Below are positions 53,762 to 63,554 of a stretch of 64,000 bases of DNA, one piece after another. The translations under genes were made by a program, and so were the position numbers. The notes below the pieces were generated by a model. That model had not been told where the DNA came from. It worked only from the letters and a program-made list of their open reading frames with translations, and made no database searches. Positions within the stretch are counted from its first letter, which is position 1. Each line of letters starts with the position of its first letter. This DNA is from a plasmid, in sequence record NZ_KX443406.1; one strand, given 5' to 3'.

Positions 53762-53959
53762 GGAGAGACCCGTCCCCGAGTGAGGAGGGCGTCATGCGTC
53801 GCGTTGAGGCGGAAGTCGATTCGAAGGACGAGATCGCCGAGATCGTCGAGTTGCTCGACGGAAACCCCTGGAACTAGATCAGCGCCCGAGAAATGAGTGA
53901 GTCGGGACAGAAGGTAGCTGCCCCGACTCGCTCTCCCGAACTGTAGGAGAGAGGCCATC

Positions 53960-55510
53960 ATGACCGCAACGACCACCCCCGAACTGCTCACCGTCGATCC
54001 CGCCACCCTCGAGATCGGTGACAACGTCCGCGACGAGGTCGACCTCGACGCGACACCCGAGTTCGTCGAGTCCATCGCAGAACACGGTGTGCTGCACCCG
54101 ATCCTGGCAGAGCGCCGGAATGACGGCACCATCTTGGTCACCGATGGCCAGCGCCGACTTCTCGCCGCCCGCGTCGCGAACCGGACCAGCGTGCCCGTCA
54201 TCATCCGGCCCCAGGGGAATGGAACCGACAACGCTCGCAAGGCCGCTCGCATCGGCCAGCAGATCGTCTCCAATGACCAGCGCGAAGCCCTCACCGATGG
54301 CCAGCGCGCCGCCGGCATCGCCGCCATGCTCGACCTGGTCCTGTCCCAGACCGCCGTCGCCAAGGCAGCCAGCGTCTCCCGCGACAGGGTCAAGACCCTC
54401 GCGACGGTCGGCGCATCGAAGGCCGCTCGCGCCAGCGTGGACGAGCATCAGTTCACCATCGAACAGGCCGCGACCATCGCCGAGTTCGAGGAAGCCGGCG
54501 ACACCGAGGGCATCAACCGCCTGCTCTCCTCTGGCAGCCACTACCAGTTCGACTACATGGCCGAGCGTCTGCGTTGTGACCGGGCGGAACGCATCGCACA
54601 CGCCGAGGCAGCCGCGCCGTACGAGGCCAAGGGCTTCACCATCCTCGACGGCTACAACTACCACCCGGTCACGTTCGAGCACGTCCTCACCGAGACCGGC
54701 GAACCGATCACCCTCGAGACGGTCGAAGCTGACGCCTCCCGCTGGGGCGTCCGGCTGAGCTGGACCGAGGCGTGGTTCGACCGCCAGAGCGGGGCAGAGG
54801 TCGCCGAGGACGAAATCGACTGGGACACCCACGAGAACCCCGACCTCGAAGCCGAGGACGGCCTGATCCACATGAACAACATCGAGACCCGCCGCGTGTG
54901 GGACCGCGAGTTCCACCTGCTCGACCCCGGCAACCTCGAGGGCAGCGGCCTCCAGCTGAGCGATGTCGCCAAGGTCATGGTCGCGCGCAGGACCGGACGC
55001 GCTGCCGCAGTGCCGGCGACCGCCGAAGAAGCAGCCGCCCAGATCGAGGCGGAGCGCGAGGAACGCCGCCGCGTCCGAGAGCTGAATAAGCGCGCCGAGG
55101 CGGCGAACACCGTCCGACGCACCTTCCTGCGTACCCTGCTCGGACGCACCAAGCTCCCCGCGAACGCCTCCGTGTGGATCGCGGTCACCCTCGCGAGCGA
55201 TCCTCACCTGCTGGCCGAGTACCACGCGAGCGACTGCTTCGGAGAGCTACTCGGGATCAAGGACTACCGACTCTCGAACAACGCCGTCCGGGACCTGGCC
55301 GTCGCAGCCAGCGACGCCCGCGCCCAGGTCATCACCTTCGCCCTGGTGATCGCCGCGATGGAGGCCCGCATGGTCAAGGACGCCTGGCGGACCCGGCCCC
55401 GAGGCGCAACCGCCTACCTCGAACTCCTCGCCGCGAACGGCTACGAACTGTCGGACGTCGAGAAGGCGATCGCCGCGCACATCAAGCCCGAGACCATCAG
55501 CCTCGACTAG
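53960..55510 (+). CDS. ParB/Srx-domain protein (516 aa)
   Basis: N-terminal ParB nuclease-like domain with GxRRxxAA box (ILVTDGQRRLLAARVANR). Long C-terminal helical region. ATG 53960 after GGAGAGAGG SD. Confidence 0.65.
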   Translation: MTATTTPELLTVDPATLEIGDNVRDEVDLDATPEFVESIAEHGVLHPILAERRNDGTILVTDGQRRLLAARVANRTSVPVIIRPQGNGTDNARKAARIGQQIVSNDQREALTDGQRAAGIAAMLDLVLSQTAVAKAASVSRDRVKTLATVGASKAARASVDEHQFTIEQAATIAEFEEAGDTEGINRLLSSGSHYQFDYMAERLRCDRAERIAHAEAAAPYEAKGFTILDGYNYHPVTFEHVLTETGEPITLETVEADASRWGVRLSWTEAWFDRQSGAEVAEDEIDWDTHENPDLEAEDGLIHMNNIETRRVWDREFHLLDPGNLEGSGLQLSDVAKVMVARRTGRAAAVPATAEEAAAQIEAEREERRRVRELNKRAEAANTVRRTFLRTLLGRTKLPANASVWIAVTLASDPHLLAEYHASDCFGELLGIKDYRLSNNAVRDLAVAASDARAQVITFALVIAAMEARMVKDAWRTRPRGATAYLELLAANGYELSDVEKAIAAHIKPETISLD

Positions 55511-55593
55511 ACCCGCACGCGAAGGAGGCCCGCACCGCACGGTGCGGGCCTTCGCCCCGTCTGCTGCACACTTGAACGAACGAGGAGGGGACA

Positions 55594-55832
55594 TGACCGG
55601 CGAGCAGCACTTCGATCAGGATCCAGGCCCAGACGCCTGGGCCGACGACACGCTCGGCGCAGCCGAAGCGATGAGTGACGACGAGCTCGACGCAGCAATC
55701 GACGCCCTGGCCGCTCGCGAGCGACGGTGCCTCATCAGGGGGAACGTCGAGTACGCCAAGTCCCTCGCGCACGACAAGTGGGTCTGCATCACCGTTCGGA
55801 CGAACAGAAACCGGCCGTGGCCTGGTAGTTGA
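55594..55832 (+). CDS. small acidic hypothetical protein (79 aa)
   Basis: ATG after GAGGAGGGGAC SD. Confidence 0.4.
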
Positions 55833-55884
55833 CGTTCCGAACCGGCCTTCGCGCCAGCGCGGACCGCCCCACCGGAATCCCTAT

Positions 55885-55918
55885 TTTGTAGTACACAAAT
55901 AGCCAATTTTGTAGTACA
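55885..55918. promoter_or_regulatory. direct repeats TTTTGTAGTACA x2 (10-bp spacer) in AT-rich promoter of brnTA
   Basis: Read directly; a likely RHH-antitoxin operator, 9 bp upstream of ATG 55927. Confidence 0.5.
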
Positions 55919-55926
55919 GTATTAGC

Positions 55927-56193
55927 ATGGCAATCAAGTGGACCGGCAGCGCCGACAAGCATGGAATCGACCATGCCGACGCGACCCATGCAATCGCGCA
56001 CGCGATGTACGTCGAGGAGGAGTTCGATGATCCTCGACCGCCGTCGACGATTCGGCCCACCCTGTTCATTGGTCCGCCGCGAAAGCTGGGCGGCCCCTTG
56101 CTCGAAGTGATGGTGGAGATCGGCCCTCGCGACATCACGGTCTTTCACGTGATGGAGGCCCGCCAGAAGCATCTCGACCGGATGGAGGACTGA
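55927..56193 (+). CDS. brnT: BrnT-like toxin (DUF497)
   Basis: IKWTGSADKHGIDHADATHAI ... RPTLFIGPPRKLGGPLLEVMVEIGPRDITVFHVMEARQ follows the DUF497 pattern (W..KH GV..E...R..iG....g.ll.Vv...r...i.ii.AR). Confidence 0.55.
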   Translation: MAIKWTGSADKHGIDHADATHAIAHAMYVEEEFDDPRPPSTIRPTLFIGPPRKLGGPLLEVMVEIGPRDITVFHVMEARQKHLDRMED

Positions 56194-56558
56194 TGACGAC
56201 CATGAAGACGGGGGTGGCGGCACAGATGGAGGAAGCCATGACCAGCAAGAAGAAGAGCTACGACGAGGCAGCCGACTGGGCCGAACACGAGATGACCCTG
56301 CCGGAGAACTCGAAGACGGCCCGCAGGGGAGCCGCCGCCGCCGAGGCGGGGCGAGCGCTCCTCGCGCGCGCCCATGCCGGGCGGCCGAGTCTGGATCCGC
56401 AGGCCAAGCCGGGGGAGGAATCTCCCCGGCGACAGGTGCGACTGCCCCTCGCGGTGAGCGAGCAGGTGGACGCGCTGGCGGCCGCCCAGGGTCGGCGCGC
56501 CGCCGAGGTCATGCGCGACGCGATCACGATGTACGTCAACGAGCACGCAAGCCGCTGA
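56193..56558 (+). CDS. brnA: BrnA-like antitoxin (C-terminal RHH)
   Basis: Start overlaps brnT stop (TGATG). C-terminus RQVRLPLAVSEQVDALAAAQGRRAAEVMRDAITMYV is a CopG/RHH fold, as in BrnA. Confidence 0.55.
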   Translation: MTTMKTGVAAQMEEAMTSKKKSYDEAADWAEHEMTLPENSKTARRGAAAAEAGRALLARAHAGRPSLDPQAKPGEESPRRQVRLPLAVSEQVDALAAAQGRRAAEVMRDAITMYVNEHASR

Positions 56559-56607
56559 CGTGCCGTCCCGTCGGCGCGACGCCAGCGCCGGCGGGTAACG
56601 GAGCTTG

Positions 56608-56657
56608 AACAGGGCAGGGCATCAGGCCCAGCCCATCCGCCCAGGGAAGGGAACCTC
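56608..56657. promoter_or_regulatory. leader cassette copy 3: motif AGGGCATCAGGCCCAGC (56616-56632) + SD CCAGGGAAGGGAACCTC-ATG
   Basis: Read directly. The downstream ORF (56658..) is coding-like for ~30 codons and then runs antisense through the SRAP pseudogene. Confidence 0.5.
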
Positions 56658-57330
56658 ATGGAACCGATGAGCACCGCACTGCTGCCGGACTCTGCACGCG
56701 TGCCGGCGCCCGAATCGATCCGTGCCGCGCTGCAACGGCCGACTATGGCGGACGGTGTTGACCGCGGTGCTCACTTCGTAGGGCTGCAGATGCGGTTCGG
56801 GGATGGAGTTCACCATCGCCTGCACTTCGTCGCGGTCGGTGATCGAGGGGTCGAGCCAGTGCTCCCAGAACGACGCGGGCAGGATGACAGGGGAGCGGTC
56901 ATGGATGTGTCCGGTCGCGTCCGTCGCCTGTGTGGTGAGCACGGTGGTGGTCCACAGCCAGCCGACCCGGGTCGTCCTCGGTCTTGGACGGGTCCGGCCA
57001 CAGCTCGTAGAGGCCGGCCATCGCGAGGACCGGGTCGTCGCCGTGGAGGAGGTACGGATTTCCTCCGTACCTTTTATCCATGGACCTGATTCCTGAGGCG
57101 TAGTCACTCCCGTCGCGCCCACCGCACAATCATCGGGATCCCCAATAACCCCGCGCCGATCTCGGCGACCGCGAGATTCGCAGCCGGTGAGGTGGAGGTT
57201 GCCGGTGTATGGGGTGGTATCCCACGCCGACGTGCGGCCCCGCCGCTGAAGGTCTTCCACGGGCCGCTCATCTACTCCGCGTATGCCCGCGTCTGGTGAC
57301 GATCCAACAAAACCAGAGCCGATCGCAATA
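56622..57330 (-). pseudogene. SOS-response-associated peptidase (SRAP/YedK, DUF159) remnant, frameshifted
   Basis: Minus-strand fragments in two or more frames, in order: MIVRWARRE (N-terminal-like), then MDKRYGGNPYLLHGDDPVLAMAGLYELWPDP (matches the central SRAP motif), then HIHDRSPVILPASFWEHWLDP ... YEVSTAVNTVRHSRP (matches the SRAP C-terminus). No intact N-terminal Cys2-containing ORF. Confidence 0.55.
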
Positions 57331-57622
57331 CGCTTCACAGGATGAAGTCCACTTGGCTTCTCAAGGAGAGCCGACACAGGCGGCGAACGGTGAGCCTACG
57401 GCCCTCCTACTGGCAGTTCGGGCCGTATCGGGCCCGTCCACTCATCAGACTTTTCAGGCGGGGATGGTCAGGCCATGCGAACTAAGGTATCCGTCTACCT
57501 ATCTAAACTTCAACTGAGGTCTTTGGCTTCATAACACTTGGCGCTCCTGCGTCGCATCGGTTGGAGTCAGCGCGTCGGGTTCCTGTATAAAGGGGAAAAT
57601 GCTTACCCGAGGGAGGTGTAGA

Positions 57623-57982
57623 ATGGCAAGAAAAGTAGTCACACTCACAGAGTTCTTCGACGACTTCGATGGTGAGAAGATCGACGACGGCCTGTCCGAG
57701 ACCATCGAGTTCACCGTTCAAGGGACTAGTTATAGGATGGACCTCCGTCCGAAGAACGCCGAGAGGTTCCGCAAAGACCTTGAAAAGTGGATTGCAGCCG
57801 CAGTAAAGGTGGGCGGGCGTGCCAGTCGTTCTAAGCGGTCGGGGGTCGTGCCCGGGGGCTCTAGGAGATCCAAGGAAGGGCTAGCGGCGATTCGGAACTG
57901 GGCCGCCCGCAACGGCTACCAAGTCTCCACCCGGGGGCGCATCGCCCGGGAAGTAGTTGAAGCCTACGACGCGGCACACTAG
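57623..57982 (+). CDS. lsr2: Lsr2 nucleoid-associated protein (H-NS-like xenogeneic silencer)
   Basis: MARKVVTLTEFFDDFDGEKIDDGLSETIEFTVQGTSYRMDLRPKNAERFRKDLEKWIAAA ... IRNWAARNGYQVSTRGRIAREVVEAYDAA aligns essentially end-to-end with mycobacterial Lsr2, including the RGR DNA-binding motif. ATG 57623 after GGGAGGTG SD. Confidence 0.85.
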   Translation: MARKVVTLTEFFDDFDGEKIDDGLSETIEFTVQGTSYRMDLRPKNAERFRKDLEKWIAAAVKVGGRASRSKRSGVVPGGSRRSKEGLAAIRNWAARNGYQVSTRGRIAREVVEAYDAAH

Positions 57983-58663
57983 CCTCCATGTTCTTTCCTA
58001 CCTCCGTGCACGCCCGGACTTCGGACCGCAGCTACCTCGCCAGCGGTTTCCCGGGCCTAATCCCACCGTGGCCCCTGGAAACTGGATGTGCGCGGAATGC
58101 TTACGAAAGAAGGATGACGTCTGCTGCAACAGAGGGAGGAGTCCGGCTATCTTTCAGTGAATCGATTGGCCTCACACCAAAAGGATCCTTCAGTGCCCGG
58201 TATTCCGGGCAAAGCACCTAGTCGACGATCGCCTCCGTCACATATTTCGAGTTTCTTACGCTTCAAAGAGGTGATCGGCTCCGGCGCAGAGGGGGCGCTA
58301 GTATCGATTCTGGTGCGGACGTACTCCGTACAATCCGCACTGGCTGGTCGGCAGCAGCCCCCGACCGCGCCGGCCAGCCCTTGTGGTGGGGAGGGGGTAG
58401 GAGGCGGCCCCCGGTGACGTGCTTGGTGCTGGGGGCCGTTTTAGTGCCGGGCGGAGTTCAATTGAGGCGGCGAGCATGAGTGACCAGCAGCCATACCTCG
58501 CAACCGGCGTTCTGGCTTCGATGTACAAAGATATTCCCGGCGCCGGGATGGGGGGCACTGGTACCCCTAGTGCGATGCGAGAACATCTCTTTCGGCTGGA
58601 TCCCAATCGCGGACAACCGGTAGGTCGCTGGAGCCTCATCTGGATGTGCCGGACATTCCTCTC

Positions 58664-59488
58664 CTACCCGTTAAGGCATGCGTCCGCAAGCGTGCTGATC
58701 GCGCAGGTAGCTCCGGCGGCGCTGCGCACCTCAGCGCCTGCCTGGAGGCCGTTTTGACTAGGAACAACGCTGAAGGTTTGTGGCATCGTCATCGGGGAAG
58801 TAAATCGATAATCGAAGACCTTATCGACGATAGAAATGTCATTTCGGCGCATGTGCTCGCCCATCATGATGGCCAGCAGCGGACCATGGATTACAAGGCC
58901 GACGTAGCCCTCTCTATGACACCAATCGAGATCGTAGTGGATCCGATGGGCATTATATGTGAGGGCAGAAAACCGGAAAAGTAATCGTTCGTCAACAGCA
59001 ACATCCAGGGTGGGGCCTTGTAGCGGCGTGGGTGATGTTGCGGGACGGGGAATCGGGTCTGAACCCGCGGCTCGATAGAGGATGTCTTGCTCTTCATGAA
59101 TGATGAGGACGCGGTCCTGAAAAATATCCTGTTGGACCGTGGTAATGGTTAGCGGACCGGTTCGCCCCTCTTTGGTAACGGTCTTTTTGACGGACATGAC
59201 CTTAGTCGCAGGCTTACCAATCTCAAGAAGTTGATGGGTTGTCACTCGACCGCCAGCGAACATGCGGCGTAGACCTGGCCCTGGTGGTACAGGTATACCG
59301 ACAACTGGGTGGCCGTCTTCGCCCAGGTGTCGCTCTGGAGTACGTTCAAGGAGGTAGATCCAATGCCAGAGTGGCGGGACCCTGTCGCCCGGGGCGCAAG
59401 GTATTGTGAGGTCGAGCATTGCAGCGAGGGATTCAGCCGGCTCGCTAGCGATGATTTCGGTCCGTTCGATTTTGTCAGGCTGGGACAC
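58664..59488 (-). CDS. MaoC-like (hotdog-fold) hydratase/dehydratase
   Basis: LTYNAHRIHYDLDWCHREGYVGLVIHGPLL matches the MaoC dehydratase NPIHxD region. 274 aa, a two-hotdog arrangement. Confidence 0.5.
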   Translation of the reverse strand: MSQPDKIERTEIIASEPAESLAAMLDLTIPCAPGDRVPPLWHWIYLLERTPERHLGEDGHPVVGIPVPPGPGLRRMFAGGRVTTHQLLEIGKPATKVMSVKKTVTKEGRTGPLTITTVQQDIFQDRVLIIHEEQDILYRAAGSDPIPRPATSPTPLQGPTLDVAVDERLLFRFSALTYNAHRIHYDLDWCHREGYVGLVIHGPLLAIMMGEHMRRNDISIVDKVFDYRFTSPMTMPQTFSVVPSQNGLQAGAEVRSAAGATCAISTLADACLNG

Positions 59489-59597
59489 GATTTCGTCTCC
59501 TCGCAGCTTGAGGTTCCTGTCTTGTTGAGGGCGGCTGCTCGGCGTCGTCGTGGTGGATAGAACTCAGTAGAAAGAAACGCGAGAAGAAGCCGACCAA

Positions 59598-60359
59598 TCA
59601 GAGCTGGCCGGGACAAACCAGAAGATCGCTGCCTTCCGGTTGTGGAAGAGCATGGGGAGACTCGTCTGACTCACTGCGTGGTCTTCTGGCGATGAACTTG
59701 GCTACGGACCCTTCTACAACGACATTTACTCTCTCAAAGAAGGCCTCAAGGACGTCGACCAGACCATCCTTATCGTCCTTACTATTGTGAAAGCCACCCA
59801 ATCGGCTGTTAAAGACGCCACGCAGGGTTCGTCCAAGGAGGTTGTGACGAACGCCGACTCCAAGGATGGTTGCTCCAAAGAACACCCCATTCTCTTTGAG
59901 AGCGTCGGAGATGTAGCGGATTGCGAGGCTCTTCTCGGACCAGGTTCCGGGAATGCGGTGGAAAACAAGATTGGCTGCGATCGAATCAAAACAGCCCACC
60001 GACGGCGCGATGGGCGCCATCACGCTGCTGATATAGACCCGTGTAAGTAGACCCTGATCGGTTAGGCGCTTTTTGGCCGCAATTGTCTCCCGCGTCTTGG
60101 GGCCTAGTATGTATGTTTCTGCCATGGTCGTCGGGGGATTCGCTTGTTCCAGAAACCAAGCTGACCGCGCGCCGACTTCGAGGTGACGAGTGCCAATGTT
60201 GTCGTCGTAGTACTGAAGAAGACTAGCAGTGGGACACTTCCAAACTAGCGAGTTGCTCCACGCTGAAACACGGCTGTTGTACTTTGCAAGCATGTGCTGT
60301 CCGTAATTCAAGGCGCCGTCGGGCTCGGCGCAGATGGGGTCGTTATCTCTCATGCTCAT
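59598..60359 (-). CDS. hypothetical protein, possibly a SAM-dependent methyltransferase-fold enzyme
   Basis: Moderate-GC ORF (253 aa). Weak Rossmann-like signature (TRHLEVGARSAWF ... ENGVFFGATILGV). The call is tentative. Confidence 0.3.
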   Translation of the reverse strand: MSMRDNDPICAEPDGALNYGQHMLAKYNSRVSAWSNSLVWKCPTASLLQYYDDNIGTRHLEVGARSAWFLEQANPPTTMAETYILGPKTRETIAAKKRLTDQGLLTRVYISSVMAPIAPSVGCFDSIAANLVFHRIPGTWSEKSLAIRYISDALKENGVFFGATILGVGVRHNLLGRTLRGVFNSRLGGFHNSKDDKDGLVDVLEAFFERVNVVVEGSVAKFIARRPRSESDESPHALPQPEGSDLLVCPGQL

Positions 60360-60605
60360 CAGTAGTTAGTGCTCCTCTCCTGCTTCTGCGCAAAAGAGCG
60401 CAGAAGAACTAGGAGGCGACTGGTCTGGCGGCGGGGGGCGAGGAGGAGCCGGGGATGAACGCTTGCGTGCGAAATCCTGGTGCCTGGCAACGAGGTGCGC
60501 CCTAGGCTTCAGAGCTTTGGAATGTAACTGTCTTGATTGTTAGCATAGGTTGGTGTCGCGGTCAAGAGATTGCCTATCGCCGCTTCGTTCGAGATGCTTC
60601 CGTAG

Positions 60606-61493
60606 GTGAATGTTGACGAACTCCGCTGGTTTGTGGCGTTAGCGGAATCGGGGCACATGCGCGATGCGGCTGACGACCTACACATATCTCAACCGACCCT
60701 CTCGCGGGCGCTTGCTCGGATCGAACGTCAGGTTGGCGTACCCCTCTTCGACCGGGTGAACCACCGCCTGCAGCTCAACGACTACGGCCGTATCATGCTT
60801 GAGCATACTCGTCGGAGTCTGACTGAACTTCACTCAGCCAGTGAGCGGATTGCTGCGCTCCGTAACCCTGAGTCTGGCACTGTTCGGCTAGGCTTTCTTC
60901 ACTCCCTTGCGAGTTGGTTTGTGCCCGAGATCATCCGGGTGTTCCGCGAGAGCGCGCCGCAGGTGAACTTCGCACTGGATCAGGCCCCGAGCGGGGACAT
61001 CGAAGCCATGCTGGCTCGGGGGGAGATTGATGTCGCAGTGATTGGGCCACGACCCGCCGCAGACGAGTTCGACTGGTATGAGCTGTATGTAGAACGCCTT
61101 TGCCTTGCTGTTCCTGAATCTCACCCACTAGCGGGGCACGCGACTATCCGCGTAGCAGACGCCCTAGATGATGCATTCGTTATGCTACGAAAGCCCTTTG
61201 GGCTTCGCAGGTTGACCGATGAGCTGTTCGCGGCTGCTGGCGTCGTGCCCCGCATCGTCTTCGAGACGATTGAGATCCCCACCATCGAGGGCCTGGTGGC
61301 TGCGGGTTTCGGTGTCGCTGTGGTTCCTTCGCCCCGCCCCACTAAAGAAACCGAGGGTGTCAGGTACGTACCCCTGGACGATGTAGGAGCCTTTCGTCCG
61401 ATTGGCCTGGCCTGGCCAGTAGGACGAGAACCCTCGCCAGTTGTCGCGCGATTCATCGCTTTCCTAGTAAGCCGCGGGCAAGGGGGCAATTAG
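60606..61493 (+). CDS. LysR-family transcriptional regulator
   Basis: N-terminal HTH LRWFVALAESGHMRDAADDLHISQPTLSRALARIERQVGVPLFDR; C-terminal substrate-binding domain. GTG start. Confidence 0.85.
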   Translation: MNVDELRWFVALAESGHMRDAADDLHISQPTLSRALARIERQVGVPLFDRVNHRLQLNDYGRIMLEHTRRSLTELHSASERIAALRNPESGTVRLGFLHSLASWFVPEIIRVFRESAPQVNFALDQAPSGDIEAMLARGEIDVAVIGPRPAADEFDWYELYVERLCLAVPESHPLAGHATIRVADALDDAFVMLRKPFGLRRLTDELFAAAGVVPRIVFETIEIPTIEGLVAAGFGVAVVPSPRPTKETEGVRYVPLDDVGAFRPIGLAWPVGREPSPVVARFIAFLVSRGQGGN

Positions 61494-61634
61494 ACGTGCC
61501 GACCAAGGGTGTGACGACCACTACGGGCCCTCGCTCAGGAGTGGAACGCAAACAGGCTTGATGCGATCTGCGCATCACGGGGGCTGTGAAGCGAATTGGA
61601 CACTAGGCCCTAATCCCTCCTAGCGTCGGACACC

Positions 61635-62936
61635 GTGGATGATCGGTCGAAAAATCAAGCGCGCCGGGAGCATTCGCTGAACGCAGACACGCGATCTGTG
61701 ATGAGGCGCACGTCTGCGGCGCTCTTCCTGGTCGGAGTTGCGACCTTCGCTCCGCTCAATGCACCACAGCCAATACTGTGCCTGATTGGGCAGGACTTAG
61801 GTATTAACCCGGCGAGGGCGGCGCTTGTCACCACTGCATCGACCGCGGGACTCGCTGTAGGCGTATTGCCCTGGATCTACACATCCGACCGGGTGGACCG
61901 CTACTGGGCGCTTATCTCGTCTGCGACGTTATCTGCTGCGACGGGCATGGTTGTTCGCGCGCTTCCCACGTTCGAGGCCATCTTGGTGGGACGAGTTGCA
62001 GAGGGGATGATGCTCGCAGGCGTACCCGTAACGGCTATCACTTACGCCAGTGAACGGTTACCGGGGAAGTGTACGGCTAAGCCTGCAGGGTTCTTCGTCG
62101 GGGGCGCAACCGTCGGAGGGCTGGCGGGACGTCTCATCTCCAGTACAACCGCTGACCTATCTGGCTGGCGCGCAGGCCTATTCGCATCATCAGCCTTCTC
62201 GACCGCTGTGGTTATTCTGTTCCTTTTCGTCGCACCCCGTAGGGCGTACGGAACGCATCCCCCGCGCGCGAGCGATCGGGGGAGGTGGAAGCCTCTCGCA
62301 ACGCCACGGCAGGCGGCAATGTATGCGCAGGGGTTTTTACTTACGGGAGCGTTCTTTGCGTTATATAATTATATCGGATTCAGGTTGGGCCGTGACCCAT
62401 TCAATCTGTCCCAGCAGCAGATCGGACTGACATATGGTGCCTATCTGGCAGGAACATGCGCGGCCCTGGCTGCCGGTTCCATTGTGGGTGTCGTCGGTCG
62501 TCGTCCAGTACTGCTAGTCGGGACAGGAGCGATATTTCTAGGCGGGGCGGCGACGCTCGCTAGCAGCCTATGGATTTTCGTCTGCGGCTTAGCGCTCGCA
62601 ACCGCCGGTTTCTTCGGTGCACATTCAGTTGTAGCGGGATGGGTCGGATCTGAAGTGTCCGCTGGCACACGGGCGTCATCTCTTTACACGCTTGCGTACT
62701 ATGGGGGCGCGAGCCTATTCGGCTGGCTCGGCGGGGAGGCGTACCAATCCTATAGTTGGCCGGGCCTCGTGGGTGGCATCATGCTCCTAACAATCATCGC
62801 AGCAATACTTTCCCTCATCCTGCTGCCAGGAGGGGGGCAGCAAGCGGACATTGTCCGAAAGCCGGAGAGGACCCTTGACGCCGGCACATCGGCTCCACGG
62901 GAGGAGAGAGGCGAGAATAAATCTATGACGAACTGA
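61635..62936 (+). CDS. MFS transporter (12 TM)
   Basis: Twelve hydrophobic segments; MFS-like loop motifs (GRVAEGMMLAG ; GRRPVLLVGTG). Confidence 0.75.
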   Translation: MDDRSKNQARREHSLNADTRSVMRRTSAALFLVGVATFAPLNAPQPILCLIGQDLGINPARAALVTTASTAGLAVGVLPWIYTSDRVDRYWALISSATLSAATGMVVRALPTFEAILVGRVAEGMMLAGVPVTAITYASERLPGKCTAKPAGFFVGGATVGGLAGRLISSTTADLSGWRAGLFASSAFSTAVVILFLFVAPRRAYGTHPPRASDRGRWKPLATPRQAAMYAQGFLLTGAFFALYNYIGFRLGRDPFNLSQQQIGLTYGAYLAGTCAALAAGSIVGVVGRRPVLLVGTGAIFLGGAATLASSLWIFVCGLALATAGFFGAHSVVAGWVGSEVSAGTRASSLYTLAYYGGASLFGWLGGEAYQSYSWPGLVGGIMLLTIIAAILSLILLPGGGQQADIVRKPERTLDAGTSAPREERGENKSMTN

Positions 62937-63000
62937 CAAACATGACGAACTGACAAACGTGTTGTGCGGATCGAATAAGCCGAGCCGACGAGAGGAATGC

Positions 63001-63554
63001 AAATGAATCTGGCGCACGTAACTCGAAAGTTCCTGGTAAGTACAGCTGTTCCTGTCACCCTCGTAATAGCCTTCGCTGCCCCATTCCAGTTTTCCGCACC
63101 GCTCGCGAGCGCGGCCACAAGCGATCTGTCTATTCGGCGCGACGGCTCGGCACATTATAGCGACAGTACGCTATCTTTGCGTGCTTCTTCTGATTCTCCT
63201 GAGCCCACGACTCATGGTGCGCAGCAGCAGTGGGCAGTGCACGGCGTGTTGGCGAGCGCGCTCGTGTACCAACTGCTCACGCTCACGGTTGATGGAGGCG
63301 AGCAATTTCAGGGCTATGCCGGCGGTGTTTCCTTTCCAGGTGGAGCAGCGGTCTGGGGCACGCTTTTCACAGACGACATACAGCGGTTATACGACCAGAC
63401 CGCATCGTTCCAGTTCAACGCGGTCGGGCCATATCTCAACGTCAACTTCTTCGACCGCCACGGCACATTACTCGGCCACGCACAATTAGGCGGAGTGAGC
63501 TCGGTAATCGGTATTGGAGGGGGCTCGGGGACTTGGACCGGCGACGTCGCGTAG
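63001..63554 (+). CDS. secreted hypothetical protein with signal peptide
   Basis: Signal peptide VSTAVPVTLVIAFAAPFQFSAPLASAATSD; beta-rich mature domain. Confidence 0.45.

Noticed and set aside
56658-57089. 143-aa plus-strand ORF downstream of leader cassette copy 3 as a full-length gene
   Set aside because: Only the first ~30 codons have coding-like GC3 bias; the remainder is antisense to recognisable SRAP-homologous segments, so a full-length functional product is doubtful.
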